Of a stretch of DNA of 64,000 nucleotides, positions 1 to 10,798 are shown piece by piece. Positions within the stretch are counted from its first letter, which is position 1. Each line of letters starts with the position of its first letter. Source of the stretch: an uncultured Bacilli bacterium (lineage in GTDB: Bacteria; Bacillota_I; Bacilli_A; RF39; UBA660); NCBI GenBank assembly GCA_944363795.1, contig CALVVG010000001.1, positions 373 through 64,372 of the forward strand, read 5' to 3'. The notes beneath the pieces are model-generated. The model had not been told where the DNA came from, searched no databases, and saw only the letters and a program-made list of their open reading frames with translations. Made by a program: the position numbers and the translations under genes.

Positions 1-127
1 ATTTACGTACTTCTTTGGCACGTGATTCTGTAGTTATAACATAACCATTATTAATTACATCCTTAGTTAAACCAGCTAAAATACTTCTTCTAATTCTTGT
101 TTCTCTTCCTAATTTTCTGTATTTCAT
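1..127 (-). CDS. rplQ: 50S ribosomal protein L17, N-terminal 42 codons; the gene runs off the window edge
   Basis: The reverse strand translates MKYRKLGRETRIRRSILAGLTKDV..., typical of L17, and the gene lies immediately downstream of rpoA as in the alpha operon. Confidence 0.7.
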   Translation of the reverse strand, partial: MKYRKLGRETRIRRSILAGLTKDVINNGYVITTESRAKEVRK

Positions 128-130
128 TTT

Positions 131-1075
131 TTACTCCTTAAAACTAAGTCCCAATTCATTAACCTTGTCAAGAACTTCTTTTAATGATTTCTTTCCTAAG
201 TTTCTGATTTTAGTAACTTCTATTTCTTTTTTATTAACTAAATCTTGAACGGTATGAATACCAGCTCTTTTTAAACAATTATAAGCACGAACAGAAAATT
301 CTACTTCTTCAATTGGAGTTTCCAAAGTTTTAGTCATATTATCAACTTTCTTTTCTTGCATTATTCCTGCTATGTTACTTATAGAATTTAAATCTGCTAT
401 GATATTAAAATGTTCAATCAAAATTTTGGCAGCTAAAGCCATTGCTTCTTCTGGTGTCATACTACCATTAGTTGAAATTTCCATGATTAATTTATCATAA
501 GATTCATCTTGACCAACACGAGTACTCATGACTTCGTATTTGACTACTTCAATTGGTGAATAAGATGAATCTATAGGAATAATACCTGCTTTTGCTTCGA
601 CAAATTTAGCTTTATTTTCTGAAGCTGGTACATAACCACGACCATTATCCACAGTCATTTCCATACTTATTTTTCCACCTTCAACTAAGTTACAAATTAC
701 TAAATTTGGATTCATTATTTCAATGTCAGCATCTGGTTCAATATCTGCTGCAGTTACTGCCCCTTCGCTAGATTTTACTAATCTTATGGTCTTTACTTCA
801 TTAGAATGATTTTTTACAACTAATTTTTTTAAAGCTAATACAATTGATGTAACATCTTCAACTACGCCTTCTATTTTTTGAAATTCATGCATTACACCAT
901 CAATTTTAACAGATGTTACAGCACTTCCTGGCAAACTAGAAAGTAGTACTCTTCTTAATGCGTTACCAATAGTAGTTCCAAATCCTCTTTCTAATGGTTC
1001 AAGTTCAAATTTAGCAAAATGATTGCTATCTTGATATTCAACAATTTTATAGTCTGGTTTTTCAAATTTAATCAT
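131..1075 (-). CDS. rpoA: DNA-directed RNA polymerase alpha subunit
   Basis: A 314-aa ORF with RpoA N- and C-terminal domain motifs, positioned between rpsK and rplQ. Confidence 0.9.
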   Translation of the reverse strand: MIKFEKPDYKIVEYQDSNHFAKFELEPLERGFGTTIGNALRRVLLSSLPGSAVTSVKIDGVMHEFQKIEGVVEDVTSIVLALKKLVVKNHSNEVKTIRLVKSSEGAVTAADIEPDADIEIMNPNLVICNLVEGGKISMEMTVDNGRGYVPASENKAKFVEAKAGIIPIDSSYSPIEVVKYEVMSTRVGQDESYDKLIMEISTNGSMTPEEAMALAAKILIEHFNIIADLNSISNIAGIMQEKKVDNMTKTLETPIEEVEFSVRAYNCLKRAGIHTVQDLVNKKEIEVTKIRNLGKKSLKEVLDKVNELGLSFKE

Positions 1076-1096
1076 AATACACGTTCCTTTCCTTAA

Positions 1097-1480
1097 TTAA
1101 TTTCTTGGTCTTTTTGGTGGACGACAACCATTATGAGGAATAGGTGTTTCATCTACAATACTTGTTATTTCTAGTCCAGCAGATTGTAAAGATCTTATCG
1201 CATTTTCACGACCTGGACCAAGTCCTTTAACGAATACATCAACTTTCTTTACACCTTGTTCAACAGCTGCTGCTGCAGCTGCTTCACTTGTAAGACCTGC
1301 AGCGTAAGGAGTTTTCTTTTTACTTCCTTTATATCCGATTCTTCCTGCTGATGACCAGCTAATTGCATTACCATCTTTATCACAAATTGTTACAATTGTA
1401 TTGTTATATGTTGAATGAATATGTGCTTCTGCTTCAGGTATATTCTTTTTAACTTTTCTTTTTCTTCTATTATATGCCAT
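1097..1480 (-). CDS. rpsK: 30S ribosomal protein S11
   Basis: A 127-aa ORF with the S11 C-terminus ...[12 protein letters not shown]-like, in alpha-operon context. Confidence 0.9.
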   Translation of the reverse strand: MAYNRRKRKVKKNIPEAEAHIHSTYNNTIVTICDKDGNAISWSSAGRIGYKGSKKKTPYAAGLTSEAAAAAAVEQGVKKVDVFVKGLGPGRENAIRSLQSAGLEITSIVDETPIPHNGCRPPKRPRN

Positions 1481-1493
1481 TATTTATTACCTC

Positions 1494-1868
1494 CTATTTA
1501 CCTGGTTTTTTCTTATTAGCTACTACTTTTCCTTTACCTTTACGAGTTTTAGCATTTCTACTTGTTCTTTGTCCTCGAACCGGTAAACCTTTTTTATGTC
1601 TAATTCCTTCATAGCTATTAATTTCCATTTTATTTTTAATACTCATTTGAACTTCGCGACGAAGATCACCTTCTACTAAATATTTATCAATTTCCTTACG
1701 TAATTTAGCTATTTCTTCATCATTCAAATCTTTAATTTTTTTTGAAGGTTCAACATTTGCATCTTGACAAATTGTTAAAGCTAAACTTCTACCTATACCA
1801 TAAATTGCAGTAAGTCCTATGCAAGTATGTTTTTCTCCTGGTAATTCAATATTTTTAATTCTTGCCAT
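1494..1868 (-). CDS. rpsM: 30S ribosomal protein S13
   Basis: A 124-aa ORF starting [10 protein letters not shown], typical of S13, upstream of rpsK. Confidence 0.9.
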   Translation of the reverse strand: MARIKNIELPGEKHTCIGLTAIYGIGRSLALTICQDANVEPSKKIKDLNDEEIAKLRKEIDKYLVEGDLRREVQMSIKNKMEINSYEGIRHKKGLPVRGQRTSRNAKTRKGKGKVVANKKKPGK

Positions 1869-1879
1869 TAATATCCTCC

Positions 1880-1993
1880 TTATCCTTGTACTTGTTTGTG
1901 TTTAGGATTTTCACAAATTACCCTAACTTTTCCTTTTCTTCTAATTATTTTGCATTTTTTACAAATCTTTTTTACCGATGGTCTAACTTTCAT
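1880..1993 (-). CDS. rpmJ: 50S ribosomal protein L36
   Basis: Not in the ORF track because it is under 60 aa. The reverse strand encodes [37 protein letters not shown] (37 aa), the canonical L36 CxxC...C...H sequence, between infA and rpsM. Confidence 0.85.
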   Translation of the reverse strand: MKVRPSVKKICKKCKIIRRKGKVRVICENPKHKQVQG

Positions 1994-2003
1994 TATTTCA
2001 CTC

Positions 2004-2222
2004 CTATCTTTTATTCCATGTTATTATCCCACGTGTTAAATCGTATGGTGACAATTCTACTGTAACTTTATCACCCAGTAAAATACGTATTAAGTGGACA
2101 CGCATTTTACCAGAAACGTAGGCTGTTACAGTATGACCATTTTCAAGTGTAACTAAATACATATTACCTTTTAATACTTCAGTTACAACACCTTCAACTT
2201 CAATTTTATCTTTTTTTCCCAT
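2004..2222 (-). CDS. infA: translation initiation factor IF-1
   Basis: A 72-aa ORF containing [38 protein letters not shown], the IF-1 S1-like fold. Confidence 0.9.
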   Translation of the reverse strand: MGKKDKIEVEGVVTEVLKGNMYLVTLENGHTVTAYVSGKMRVHLIRILLGDKVTVELSPYDLTRGIITWNKR

Positions 2223-2225
2223 ATT

Positions 2226-2969
2226 TTAGTCTCCCGTTAATATTTCATATCCGTCTTTTGTAACTAATACAGTATTTTCATAATGTGCTGATGGTTTACC
2301 ATCATAAGTTTTAACAGTCCAATCATCATCACACATGTATACTTTTTTACTTCCCAAATTAAGCATTGGTTCAATAGCAATGGTCATTCCAGCTTTTAAA
2401 ACTGTCATATTATTATCATCAAAATTTGGAACATCAGGTTCCTCATGCATCGAACTTCCAATTCCATGACCAACTAATTCTTCTACAACACTCAATCCAT
2501 GAGAATGTGCATAATCTTCAATTGCTCGACTTACATCACGAATACGAGCTCCTTCTTTTACTTTTTGCACACCAGCATAAAAAGCTTTTTTAGTATTTTC
2601 TACTAATTTTTTAACATCATCAGAAACCTTTCCAATAATATAAGTTCGAGTTGCATCAGCATGATAGCCTTTATAAGAAAGTACTAAATCGATAGATACA
2701 ATATCACCATTTTTAATTACTCTTTTACCTGGTATACCATGAACAACTTCATCATTAATAGAAATACATACACTTGCTGGATATCCTTGATAACCTAAAG
2801 TAGATGGTATACAATCGTTTTTTATTATAAAATCATAAATCACTTTATCTAATTTTCCAGTAGTTACACCTGGCTTTAAATATTTTTCAACTTCTTTAAA
2901 AGCTAGTTGATTATAACGTCCAGCTTCTTTCATTAATTCAATTTCACGTTCACTTTTAATATTAATCAT
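2226..2969 (-). CDS. map: type I methionine aminopeptidase
   Basis: A 247-aa ORF with the MetAP metal-ligand pattern, in the spc-operon position between adk and infA. Confidence 0.9.
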   Translation of the reverse strand: MINIKSEREIELMKEAGRYNQLAFKEVEKYLKPGVTTGKLDKVIYDFIIKNDCIPSTLGYQGYPASVCISINDEVVHGIPGKRVIKNGDIVSIDLVLSYKGYHADATRTYIIGKVSDDVKKLVENTKKAFYAGVQKVKEGARIRDVSRAIEDYAHSHGLSVVEELVGHGIGSSMHEEPDVPNFDDNNMTVLKAGMTIAIEPMLNLGSKKVYMCDDDWTVKTYDGKPSAHYENTVLVTKDGYEILTGD

Positions 2970-3603
2970 TAGTCACAACCTTCGATATATCATTAAATAT
3001 TTCATCAACACTTTTATCAACATTAATAATATTCAATTTGTTTTTTTCTTCATAATATTTTAATAATTTATCTGTATTTGTCAAGAAATTATCATATCTT
3101 ATTTTAAAAGAATCAACGTTATCATCATTTCTTTTAATTAGTTGTTTACCACATTTGTCACATATGCCATTTTGTTTTGGCTGTAATTTTTGATCAAATA
3201 TATTATATGTTTTACCACAACTACATGTAAGTCTACCCTCAACTCTTTTAATAGCAATATCTTTATCAAGCTTTAAATAAATTACTTGATAATTTGCATC
3301 ATCTAATAATTTATCTAATTCAATGCCTTGTTTAAGAGTTCTTGGAAAACCATCTAAAATAAATGGTTTTCCCTTAATTTTTGTAAGTTTATCTTTAATT
3401 AAATCAATCATTAAATCATCACTTACTAACTCTCCTTTATCCATTATATTTTTTACTTCTAATCCTAATTTGCTACCATTTGAAATAGCTTCCCTTAACA
3501 TGTCTCCGGTAGAAATATGCTCATAATCATACTTCTCTTTTAACATATGGCTTTGAGTTCCTTTACCTGCAGCAGGTGGAGCGATAAATATTATATTTTG
3601 CAT
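2962..3603 (-). CDS. adk: adenylate kinase
   Basis: A 213-aa ORF with the P-loop GPPGAGKGTQ-like motif (APPAAGKGTQ) and a Zn-finger lid (CxxC...CDKC). Confidence 0.9.
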   Translation of the reverse strand: MQNIIFIAPPAAGKGTQSHMLKEKYDYEHISTGDMLREAISNGSKLGLEVKNIMDKGELVSDDLMIDLIKDKLTKIKGKPFILDGFPRTLKQGIELDKLLDDANYQVIYLKLDKDIAIKRVEGRLTCSCGKTYNIFDQKLQPKQNGICDKCGKQLIKRNDDNVDSFKIRYDNFLTNTDKLLKYYEEKNKLNIINVDKSVDEIFNDISKVVTND

Positions 3604-3604
3604 T

Positions 3605-4870
3605 TTATCTTAATCTCTTTCTGCGCATTTTATAGCTACGGCTTATTAAACTACTTTCCATTTGTTTATATACTTCTATAGCAACTCCTACTACAATCAA
3701 TATTCCTGTACCTCCAATGCTAACTGAAGAATCTAATTTAAAAATTAAAGAAAATATAACTGATATACCAGCGATTACTGCTAAAAAAGTACTTCCAGCA
3801 AAAGTAAGCTTTCCTAAAGAATTTCCAATATATTCTTTTGTATCATCACCAGGTCTTACTCCAGGAATATAACCACCATTCTTATTTAAATTCTTGCTCA
3901 TTTCTTCTGGATTCATTACCATAAATGTATAAAAATAACCAAAGAAGAAAATTAATAAAATATATAATAAAAATCCGGTTGGAGTTGTATAAATAATATA
4001 TTTTTCAACAAAATCGATAGCACTTTGATTACCAATTAAACTTACAATAGTTGCAGGAATAGTAGTTAATATAGATGCAAATATTACTGGGATAACTCCC
4101 GCAGAATTAATTTTAATTGGTAAAAAGCTTTGTTGATGACCATAAGCACTACTTGATCTATTTGCATATTGGATTGGCAATCGTCTTTCAGCTAATTGTA
4201 TCCAAATAATACCTATAATAATTAATATATAAGATATAATAAATAAGCTAAAGAATAAAATTCCTAATCCACTAGAATATTTACCAGCTACTACAAACCC
4301 ATCATATGCCTCAGAAAAAATTTTAGGCATACTAAGTATAATACCAGCCATAATTAACATTGATTGTCCGTTACCAATACCTTTGTTTGTAATTTGATCT
4401 CCCATCCACAAACAAAATGCTGTTCCAGCAGTCATAACTAAAGATGTTTGAAGCATTTCAAATACTGTACTATCTTTCATGAAAAATACACATAAAACAT
4501 AAGCTTGAATAAAACCAATAATAATTCCTAAATATCTAGTAATCTTATTAATTTTTTGTCTTCCAACATATCCTTGTTCTTTTAAATCTTTAAAATATGG
4601 TATTATATCCATTTGCAACAATTGGGTTATAATTGACGCTGTAATATAAGGTGATACACCCATACCAAATATTGCAAAATTTTTAAGGCCTCCACCACTC
4701 ATAATGTTAAAAATTTCCAAGGTTTTTAAATCTTCAATAATAGTAGAAGCCCAAGGAACAGTTATTGAACAGCCCAAACAAAATATACTTAAGCAAAACA
4801 AGGTAAAATAGATTCTTTTTCTTAAGTCTTTATTTTCTTTGTTAAAAAGTTGGGAAAACCCACGAAACAT
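3605..4870 (-). CDS. secY: preprotein translocase SecY
   Basis: A 421-aa polytopic membrane protein in the spc-operon position. Confidence 0.9.
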   Translation of the reverse strand: MFRGFSQLFNKENKDLRKRIYFTLFCLSIFCLGCSITVPWASTIIEDLKTLEIFNIMSGGGLKNFAIFGMGVSPYITASIITQLLQMDIIPYFKDLKEQGYVGRQKINKITRYLGIIIGFIQAYVLCVFFMKDSTVFEMLQTSLVMTAGTAFCLWMGDQITNKGIGNGQSMLIMAGIILSMPKIFSEAYDGFVVAGKYSSGLGILFFSLFIISYILIIIGIIWIQLAERRLPIQYANRSSSAYGHQQSFLPIKINSAGVIPVIFASILTTIPATIVSLIGNQSAIDFVEKYIIYTTPTGFLLYILLIFFFGYFYTFMVMNPEEMSKNLNKNGGYIPGVRPGDDTKEYIGNSLGKLTFAGSTFLAVIAGISVIFSLIFKLDSSVSIGGTGILIVVGVAIEVYKQMESSLISRSYKMRRKRLR

Positions 4871-5314
4871 CTAAATCACCTCAGCTTTGCCACCGGAATT
4901 TTCAATTTTTGTAACAGCTTTACTAGAAAAACGATTAGCTTTAACAGTTAACTTTTTAGTTAGTTCCCCATTACCTAATATTTTTACACCAGCAAGTTGT
5001 TTTTTAATAATTTTTCTTTCCTTTAATACTTCTGGTGTAACAATATCACCATCATTAAAGAATTTTTCTAAATCTGCTAAATTAATTGTTGCATATCTAG
5101 TTGCAAATTTAGCATTATTAAAACCTCTTATCGGAATTCTTCTATGAAGTGGTGTTTGTCCTCCTTGGAACCAAGCTGCAATTGATGCTCCACTTCTAGA
5201 TTTTTGACCATTTTCTCCGCGAGTAGATGTTTTACCCATTCCACTTCCTGGTCCACGACCAACTCTTTTAGAAACTTTTGTTTCTTTACTTTTTGGTAAA
5301 TTTTCTAATTTCAT
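4871..5314 (-). CDS. rplO: 50S ribosomal protein L15 (the track ORF extends 13 codons upstream; the likely start is MKLENLP)
   Basis: The GRGPGSGMGKTSTRG motif is diagnostic of L15. The start was trimmed so that it does not overlap rpsE. Confidence 0.85.
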   Translation of the reverse strand: MKLENLPKSKETKVSKRVGRGPGSGMGKTSTRGENGQKSRSGASIAAWFQGGQTPLHRRIPIRGFNNAKFATRYATINLADLEKFFNDGDIVTPEVLKERKIIKKQLAGVKILGNGELTKKLTVKANRFSSKAVTKIENSGGKAEVI

Positions 5315-5315
5315 A

Positions 5316-5819
5316 TTATAATTCCTCAACTTTCTTGCCACGAAGTTCAGCAATATGTTCTGGAGTTCTTTGGCTTTTTAAAGCTTTTAAAGTTGCTTTA
5401 GCAACATTAACTTGAGTATTTGCCCCTAATGATTTAGCAACAATGTCTTTAACACCAGCTAATTCTAAAACAGCCCGAGCAGCACCACCAGCAATAATTC
5501 CACGACCTTCTTTAGCTGGCTTAATAAATACTTGAGCACGACCAACTTTTGAAATCATTTCATGAGGAATTGTTCTGCCATCTTTTAAAGCAATTTTACA
5601 AACATTTTTATTAGCTGCTTGTAAGGCTTTTTTTATCGCTTCTGGTACTTCATTAGCTTTACCGCTACCAATACCAACTAAACCTTTTCTATTTCCAACA
5701 GCTACTGTTGCAGAGAAACGGAAATGTCTTCCACCTTGAGTAACTTTAGTAACTCTGGTAATTGAGATAACTTTTTCTTCTAATAAATTCTTTTTTTGAT
5801 CATTTTTTTGATTTCTCAT
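5316..5819 (-). CDS. rpsE: 30S ribosomal protein S5
   Basis: A 167-aa ORF with the S5 dsRBD-like motifs. It directly abuts rplO, so no L30 gene lies between them. Confidence 0.9.
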   Translation of the reverse strand: MRNQKNDQKKNLLEEKVISITRVTKVTQGGRHFRFSATVAVGNRKGLVGIGSGKANEVPEAIKKALQAANKNVCKIALKDGRTIPHEMISKVGRAQVFIKPAKEGRGIIAGGAARAVLELAGVKDIVAKSLGANTQVNVAKATLKALKSQRTPEHIAELRGKKVEEL

Positions 5820-5828
5820 ACTACCTCC

Positions 5829-6185
5829 CTAAAATTCTAGTCCCGCTTCTCTTGCTGCTTCAGCAAGAGCTGCTACTCGACCATGATACACATAACCACC
5901 ACGATCAAATACGACATTTTTTATTTTTAATTTAATACATTTTTCAGCAATATCTTTTCCTACTTTTTGAGCAGCTTCAATATTACCACCATTTTTTATT
6001 TTTAATTCAAGATTTGAAGAACTTGCTAGGGTAGTGCCCGTTACATCATCAATAACTTGAGCATAAATGCCTTTATTAGATCTAAATATATTTAGTCTTG
6101 GACATTCAGCAGTTCCACTAACAGTTTTACGAACTCTTTCATGTCTTCTTACACGAGCCTTATTATTTGCTTCTTTTTTAATCAT
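5829..6185 (-). CDS. rplR: 50S ribosomal protein L18
   Basis: A 118-aa ORF in spc-operon order with the L18 C-terminus GGYVYHGRV. Confidence 0.9.
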   Translation of the reverse strand: MIKKEANNKARVRRHERVRKTVSGTAECPRLNIFRSNKGIYAQVIDDVTGTTLASSSNLELKIKNGGNIEAAQKVGKDIAEKCIKLKIKNVVFDRGGYVYHGRVAALAEAAREAGLEF

Positions 6186-6199
6186 AACTTAACTCCTCC

Positions 6200-6736
6200 C
6201 TATGCCGCTTTCTTTCCTTCTTTACGACGTACATGTTCATCTTTGTAACGTATTCCTTTTCCTTTATAAGGTTCAGGAACTCTAACTTTACGAACATTTG
6301 CCGCAAATTCAGATACTTTTTGTTTATCTATTCCATGAATAGTAATTTCAGTATTAGATTCACTAGTAACACTTAAATCACTTGGTGCTTCAATTATAAC
6401 AGGATGTGAATAACCTGCACTAATTGTTATCTTATTACCACTGACATTAAACCGATATCCAACACCAACTGCTTCCAATCCTTTACTAAAACCAGTTGAT
6501 ACGCCAATAATCATATTATTAATTAATGAATTAGTGGTACCTTGCATCATATTAGCTTTTTTACTTGGTTTAATTTGTTTAGTTACTACACAATTATCAA
6601 TTACTTCAACACTTATTAAATTACTAAATTGATAGTTTAATTCTCCTTTAGGTCCTTTTATAGCTACATTATTATCATTTACAATAATAGTAACTCCTTC
6701 GGGAATAGTTAGTTTTCTTTCACCAATTCTACTCAT
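6200..6736 (-). CDS. rplF: 50S ribosomal protein L6
   Basis: A 178-aa ORF starting MSRIGERKLTIPEGV, typical of L6. Confidence 0.9.
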   Translation of the reverse strand: MSRIGERKLTIPEGVTIIVNDNNVAIKGPKGELNYQFSNLISVEVIDNCVVTKQIKPSKKANMMQGTTNSLINNMIIGVSTGFSKGLEAVGVGYRFNVSGNKITISAGYSHPVIIEAPSDLSVTSESNTEITIHGIDKQKVSEFAANVRKVRVPEPYKGKGIRYKDEHVRRKEGKKAA

Positions 6737-6742
6737 AATACC

Positions 6743-7141
6743 TTACCATATATAGGCAAGTACTTCACCTCCTAATCCCTTAGATCTTGCTTCTTTATCA
6801 GTCATTAAACCTTCAGAAGTAGAAATTATAGCAATACCTAGTCCGTTTAGAACACGAGGAATTTCATCCACTTTAGCATAAACTCTTAAACCAGATTTAC
6901 TAATTCTCTTAAGCCCAGTTATAACTCTTTCTTTCTTAGGGCCATACTTTAAAGTAATTGTTAATTTATCACCATTGCTTTGCTTTTCATAAACATAATC
7001 AGTAACGTAACCTTCATTTTTTAGAATTTCAGCAATGCCTAAAGTCATTTTTGTACCAATTACTTCAACAGTTTTGTATTTCATTTGATTTGCATTACGA
7101 ATACGAGTTAACATATCTGCTATTTTATCTTGTACAAACAT
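6743..7141 (-). CDS. rpsH: 30S ribosomal protein S8 (likely start at the internal Met, [17 protein letters not shown])
   Basis: Contains the S8 signature [13 protein letters not shown]. The track ORF start would overlap rpsZ. Confidence 0.85.
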   Translation of the reverse strand: MFVQDKIADMLTRIRNANQMKYKTVEVIGTKMTLGIAEILKNEGYVTDYVYEKQSNGDKLTITLKYGPKKERVITGLKRISKSGLRVYAKVDEIPRVLNGLGIAIISTSEGLMTDKEARSKGLGGEVLAYIW

Positions 7142-7154
7142 TTTATTCCTCCTT

Positions 7155-7340
7155 CTACCAACTAGATTTTTTAACACCTGGTAATTTACCTTCATTTGCT
7201 AATTCTCTAAAACAAATACGACAAATACCATATTTTCTTAATACACCATGAGGTCTTCCACAACGATTACATCTTGTGTAAGCTCTAGTTGAAAATTTAG
7301 GTGTTCTTTTATTTTTCACAATCATACTTTTTTTTGCCAT
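7155..7340 (-). CDS. rpsZ: 30S ribosomal protein S14, type Z (zinc-binding)
   Basis: A 61-aa ORF with the CxxC...CxxC motif ([20 protein letters not shown]). Confidence 0.9.
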   Translation of the reverse strand: MAKKSMIVKNKRTPKFSTRAYTRCNRCGRPHGVLRKYGICRICFRELANEGKLPGVKKSSW

Positions 7341-7349
7341 AAGTCCTCC

Positions 7350-7889
7350 TTAATTTTTGAAAGGCATTCCAAAGCCGGCAAGTAAACTCTTAGCTTCTTC
7401 ATTGCTTTTTGCGGTAGTTACAAAAATTATATCCATACCACGAACTTTTACGACATCATCATATTCAATTTCTGGAAATATTAATTGTTCTTTAATTCCT
7501 AAAGTATAATTTCCATTTCCATCAAAAGAATGAGCAGAAACTCCGCGAAAATCACGGACTCTAGGAAGACCTACTTTTACTAACTTTTCAAAAAAGTAAT
7601 ACATGTTTTCTCCTCTTAGAGTTACTTTAACCCCAACTGGTTGACCTTCACGAATTTTAAAACCTGCAATTGATTTACGAGCTTTTGTAATTATTGGTTT
7701 TTGACCAGTAATTGTTTCTAAATCTTTAACAGCTGCAGTAATAAATTTTTCATCTTTACTACCATCTCCAACTCCAATATTCACAACAATTTTTTCAAGT
7801 TTTGGAACTTCCATAATTGTATTATAATTGTATTCTTTTATTAGATTTGGAACTATTTCCTTACTATATTTTTCTTTAAAATTACTCAT
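7350..7889 (-). CDS. rplE: 50S ribosomal protein L5
   Basis: A 179-aa ORF in operon order. Confidence 0.9.
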   Translation of the reverse strand: MSNFKEKYSKEIVPNLIKEYNYNTIMEVPKLEKIVVNIGVGDGSKDEKFITAAVKDLETITGQKPIITKARKSIAGFKIREGQPVGVKVTLRGENMYYFFEKLVKVGLPRVRDFRGVSAHSFDGNGNYTLGIKEQLIFPEIEYDDVVKVRGMDIIFVTTAKSNEEAKSLLAGFGMPFKN

Positions 7890-7891
7890 AA

Positions 7892-8236
7892 CTACTTACT
7901 CGCTTTCTTAGAAGCTTTTTTAGTTTCTTTTTCTACTTTAGTTTTTGTTTCATTAGCTTCTACTTTGTCTTTTTTTTCTTTAGCTTTCGCTTCTTTTTTA
8001 CTTTCTTTTAATTCAGCTTCAGTAATCACTTTAACATTTGAAACATGAATAGGAGCTTCAATTTCAAATATGCCACCTTGATCATTAGTTGTTCTAGGTT
8101 TACTATGTTTCTTAACAATATTTATGCCTTCAACAACTACTTTGTTTTCTTTTTTTAATGTTTTTAAAACTTTGCCGTTTTTTCCTTTATTTGCACCAGC
8201 AATCACCTTAACTGTATCTCCAACTTTAACTTTCAT
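7892..8236 (-). CDS. rplX: 50S ribosomal protein L24 with a lysine-rich C-terminal tail
   Basis: A KOW-domain N-terminus ([13 protein letters not shown]) followed by a K/E-rich tail of about 40 aa. Confidence 0.85.
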   Translation of the reverse strand: MKVKVGDTVKVIAGANKGKNGKVLKTLKKENKVVVEGINIVKKHSKPRTTNDQGGIFEIEAPIHVSNVKVITEAELKESKKEAKAKEKKDKVEANETKTKVEKETKKASKKASK

Positions 8237-8245
8237 CAGTACCTC

Positions 8246-8614
8246 CTATAATACTTCTGGAGCAAGAGATACTATTTTCATGTAATCTTTTTCTCTTAAT
8301 TCTCTTGCTACTGGACCTAACACACGTGTTCCAATTGGTGATTTATCATCCTTAATTAAAACACATGCATTATCATCAAATTTAATGTAAGATCCGTCCT
8401 TACGTCTTACACCTTCAACACTTCTAACGATAACAGCTTTAACTACTTTTCCTTTTTTTATAGGACTATTAGGAATAGCTTTCTTTACAGTACCAACTAC
8501 TACATCGCCAATATTTCCATATTTAACTTTAGATCCACCCATAACTCTTATTACTAAAAGTTCACGAGCTCCACTATTATCGGCAACTTTAAGTCTACTT
8601 TCTTGCATTACCAT
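8246..8614 (-). CDS. rplN: 50S ribosomal protein L14
   Basis: A 122-aa ORF starting [17 protein letters not shown]. Confidence 0.9.
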   Translation of the reverse strand: MVMQESRLKVADNSGARELLVIRVMGGSKVKYGNIGDVVVGTVKKAIPNSPIKKGKVVKAVIVRSVEGVRRKDGSYIKFDDNACVLIKDDKSPIGTRVLGPVARELREKDYMKIVSLAPEVL

Positions 8615-8625
8615 AATAATACCTC

Positions 8626-8883
8626 CTAAAGGATTACAGCTTCAATTAGAATTTCCACTAATTCATATCTTTTTGTTTTTGATAATGGTTTAGTCATTCT
8701 AATTTTTACTGTATCTCCTACTTTAGCTTTATTTTCTTCATCATGTGCAGCATATCTTTTGGAATACTTAACACGTTTATTATATAAAGGATGTCTTTTT
8801 GATGTTTCTACGTTTACTATAATTGTTTTATTGCCAGCAGCACTGACAACCTTACCAATTAATTCCGGTTTAATATCAGCCAT
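8626..8883 (-). CDS. rpsQ: 30S ribosomal protein S17
   Basis: An 85-aa ORF in operon order. Confidence 0.85.
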   Translation of the reverse strand: MADIKPELIGKVVSAAGNKTIIVNVETSKRHPLYNKRVKYSKRYAAHDEENKAKVGDTVKIRMTKPLSKTKRYELVEILIEAVIL

Positions 8884-9098
8884 TATTCGTTACCTCCATC
8901 TAATTCTCTTTCTTTAATTATCGTTTTCATTTTAGCAACATCTCTTCTTAAACTTCTTAATTGAGAAGGCTTTTCTAAAGTTCCATTTGCTTGTTGCATT
9001 CTTTTAGCAAATAATTCTTCTTTAGTTTCAATAATTTTCTTTTTTAATTCATCATTGGATAATTTTCTTAAATCTTCAATTTTCAAGAGAATCACCAT
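8883..9098 (-). CDS. rpmC: 50S ribosomal protein L29
   Basis: A 71-aa coiled-coil protein in operon order. Confidence 0.8.
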   Translation of the reverse strand: MVILLKIEDLRKLSNDELKKKIIETKEELFAKRMQQANGTLEKPSQLRSLRRDVAKMKTIIKERELDGGNE

Positions 9099-9513
9099 CC
9101 TTTACGTCTTCTTTTTTTACAAATTTTGTTTTTACTGATAATTTATGTGATGCAAGTCTTAATGCTTCACGAGCAATTTCTTCGCTGACACCACTAATTT
9201 CAAACATAATTTTACCATTTTTTACTACAGCTACCCATTCATCAACAGATCCTTTTCCTTTACCTTGACGAGTTTCAAGAGGTTTTTTAGTTCTTGGCAT
9301 ATGAGGAAATATATTAATAAATACCTTTCCTCCACGTTTCATGAATCTAGTCATAGCTATACGAGCTGCTTCAATTTGTCTTGCAGATATCCATCCGCCT
9401 TCCATAGCTTTAAGGCCATATTCACCAAAATGTAATTCTAAATTTCCTTTAGCTTTACCATCATAACTAATACGATGACTTTTACGATATTTAGTTCTTT
9501 TTGGCATCAACAT
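9076..9513 (-). CDS. rplP: 50S ribosomal protein L16
   Basis: A 145-aa ORF starting [11 protein letters not shown]. Confidence 0.9.
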   Translation of the reverse strand: MLMPKRTKYRKSHRISYDGKAKGNLELHFGEYGLKAMEGGWISARQIEAARIAMTRFMKRGGKVFINIFPHMPRTKKPLETRQGKGKGSVDEWVAVVKNGKIMFEISGVSEEIAREALRLASHKLSVKTKFVKKEDVKDGDSLEN

Positions 9514-10168
9514 TTTTATCAGCTCCCTTCACTGTCTTTTTTGCAGGAAGAATTTCATTTTTATAAATCCAAACTTTAACTCCAATTTTTCCATAAGTAG
9601 TATCTGCTTCTGCTGTTGCATAATCGACATCTGCACGAATTGTATGAAGTGGAACAGTACCTTCAGTATAACCTTCAGTTCTAGCCATTTCAGCTCCACC
9701 CAAGCGTCCTGAAACAGCTGTTTTGCATCCTTTAGCTCCAGCTTTCATAACGTTTCTAATAGCTCTTTTTTGAGCAGATCTAAATGGTGCACGAGCAGCA
9801 ATTTGACTAGCAATATTATTTGCTACTAATTGCGCATTTAAATCCGGATTTTTTTCTTCTACTATATTAATATAAATTTCTTCACCTACAAGTTTAGCTA
9901 TTTTCTTTCTTAATTTTTCAATATCTTCACCGCCACGGCCAATAATAACACCTGGTTTAGCAGTATAAATAGTTACTTCGCAACGTCCCTTTTTACGTTC
10001 AATAATAACACTGGCAATAGCTGCATCTTTCATATTTTTTTCTAAATATTCTCTAACTTTTATATCATTTATTAAATATTGAGCATATTCACTATCTGCA
10101 TACCATTTTGATTGCCAATCTTTATTAACGCCAAGACGATACCCAATAGGATTTACCTTTTGTCCCAT
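9491..10168 (-). CDS. rpsC: 30S ribosomal protein S3
   Basis: A 225-aa ORF starting [13 protein letters not shown] with a KH domain. Confidence 0.9.
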   Translation of the reverse strand: MGQKVNPIGYRLGVNKDWQSKWYADSEYAQYLINDIKVREYLEKNMKDAAIASVIIERKKGRCEVTIYTAKPGVIIGRGGEDIEKLRKKIAKLVGEEIYINIVEEKNPDLNAQLVANNIASQIAARAPFRSAQKRAIRNVMKAGAKGCKTAVSGRLGGAEMARTEGYTEGTVPLHTIRADVDYATAEADTTYGKIGVKVWIYKNEILPAKKTVKGADKNVDAKKN

Positions 10169-10169
10169 G

Positions 10170-10517
10170 CTATTTTACTCCTTTCGCAGTATCACTTACA
10201 CAAACTGTAATGTGACTACTTCTTTTATCGTGACGATCAACATTACCACGACTTGCAAATTTTATTCTTTTGTAAATAGGTCCTGGATTAATGTAACATT
10301 CACTTATTCGCAAACTACTTTCATTAGCTCCAAAGTTATTTACAGCATTTGCAACAGCAGAGTTTAATACTTTTAAAATTAATCTACTAGCCTTAGTATT
10401 AGTGTTTTCTAAAATCCCTCTAGCTGTTTCAATATCTTTTCCTCTAATTAAATCCATAGTCATTCTTGCAAGTCTAGGCTTAATTAAAGCGTTTTTATGA
10501 ATTGCATATGCTTCCAT
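10170..10517 (-). CDS. rplV: 50S ribosomal protein L22
   Basis: A 115-aa ORF in operon order. Confidence 0.85.
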   Translation of the reverse strand: MEAYAIHKNALIKPRLARMTMDLIRGKDIETARGILENTNTKASRLILKVLNSAVANAVNNFGANESSLRISECYINPGPIYKRIKFASRGNVDRHDKRSSHITVCVSDTAKGVK

Positions 10518-10525
10518 GTTACCTC

Positions 10526-10798
10526 CTATTTATTTCCTGCATGGCCTGTAAACTTACGAGTTTGTGAAAATTCACCAAGTTTATGTCCCACCATGTCTTC
10601 TGTAATATATACAGGTATAAAATCTTTACCATTGTGAACAGCTATTGTATGTCCTACAAAATCAGGAAAAATAGTAGATCTTCTTGACCATGTTTTAATA
10701 ACTGTTTTTTTGTTACTTTTATTCATTTCTTGAACCTTTTTCATTAATGATTCTTGAACATAAGGTCCTTTTTTTAAACTTCTTGCCATAAATCCCAC
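10526..10798 (-). CDS. rpsS: 30S ribosomal protein S19
   Basis: A 90-aa ORF starting ...SLKKGPYV, typical of S19. Confidence 0.9.
   Translation of the reverse strand: MGFMARSLKKGPYVQESLMKKVQEMNKSNKKTVIKTWSRRSTIFPDFVGHTIAVHNGKDFIPVYITEDMVGHKLGEFSQTRKFTGHAGNK

Noticed and set aside
1862-2065. Antisense and embedded small ORFs in the six-frame track (for example 1862-2065, 3323-3526, 4887-5147, 17292-17636, 40326-40697, 55519-55923, 56119-56391, 59243-59644)
   Set aside because: Each lies wholly inside a well-supported conserved gene on the opposite strand or in another frame. They have low-complexity, AT-codon-driven compositions and lack RBSs, so they are spurious.
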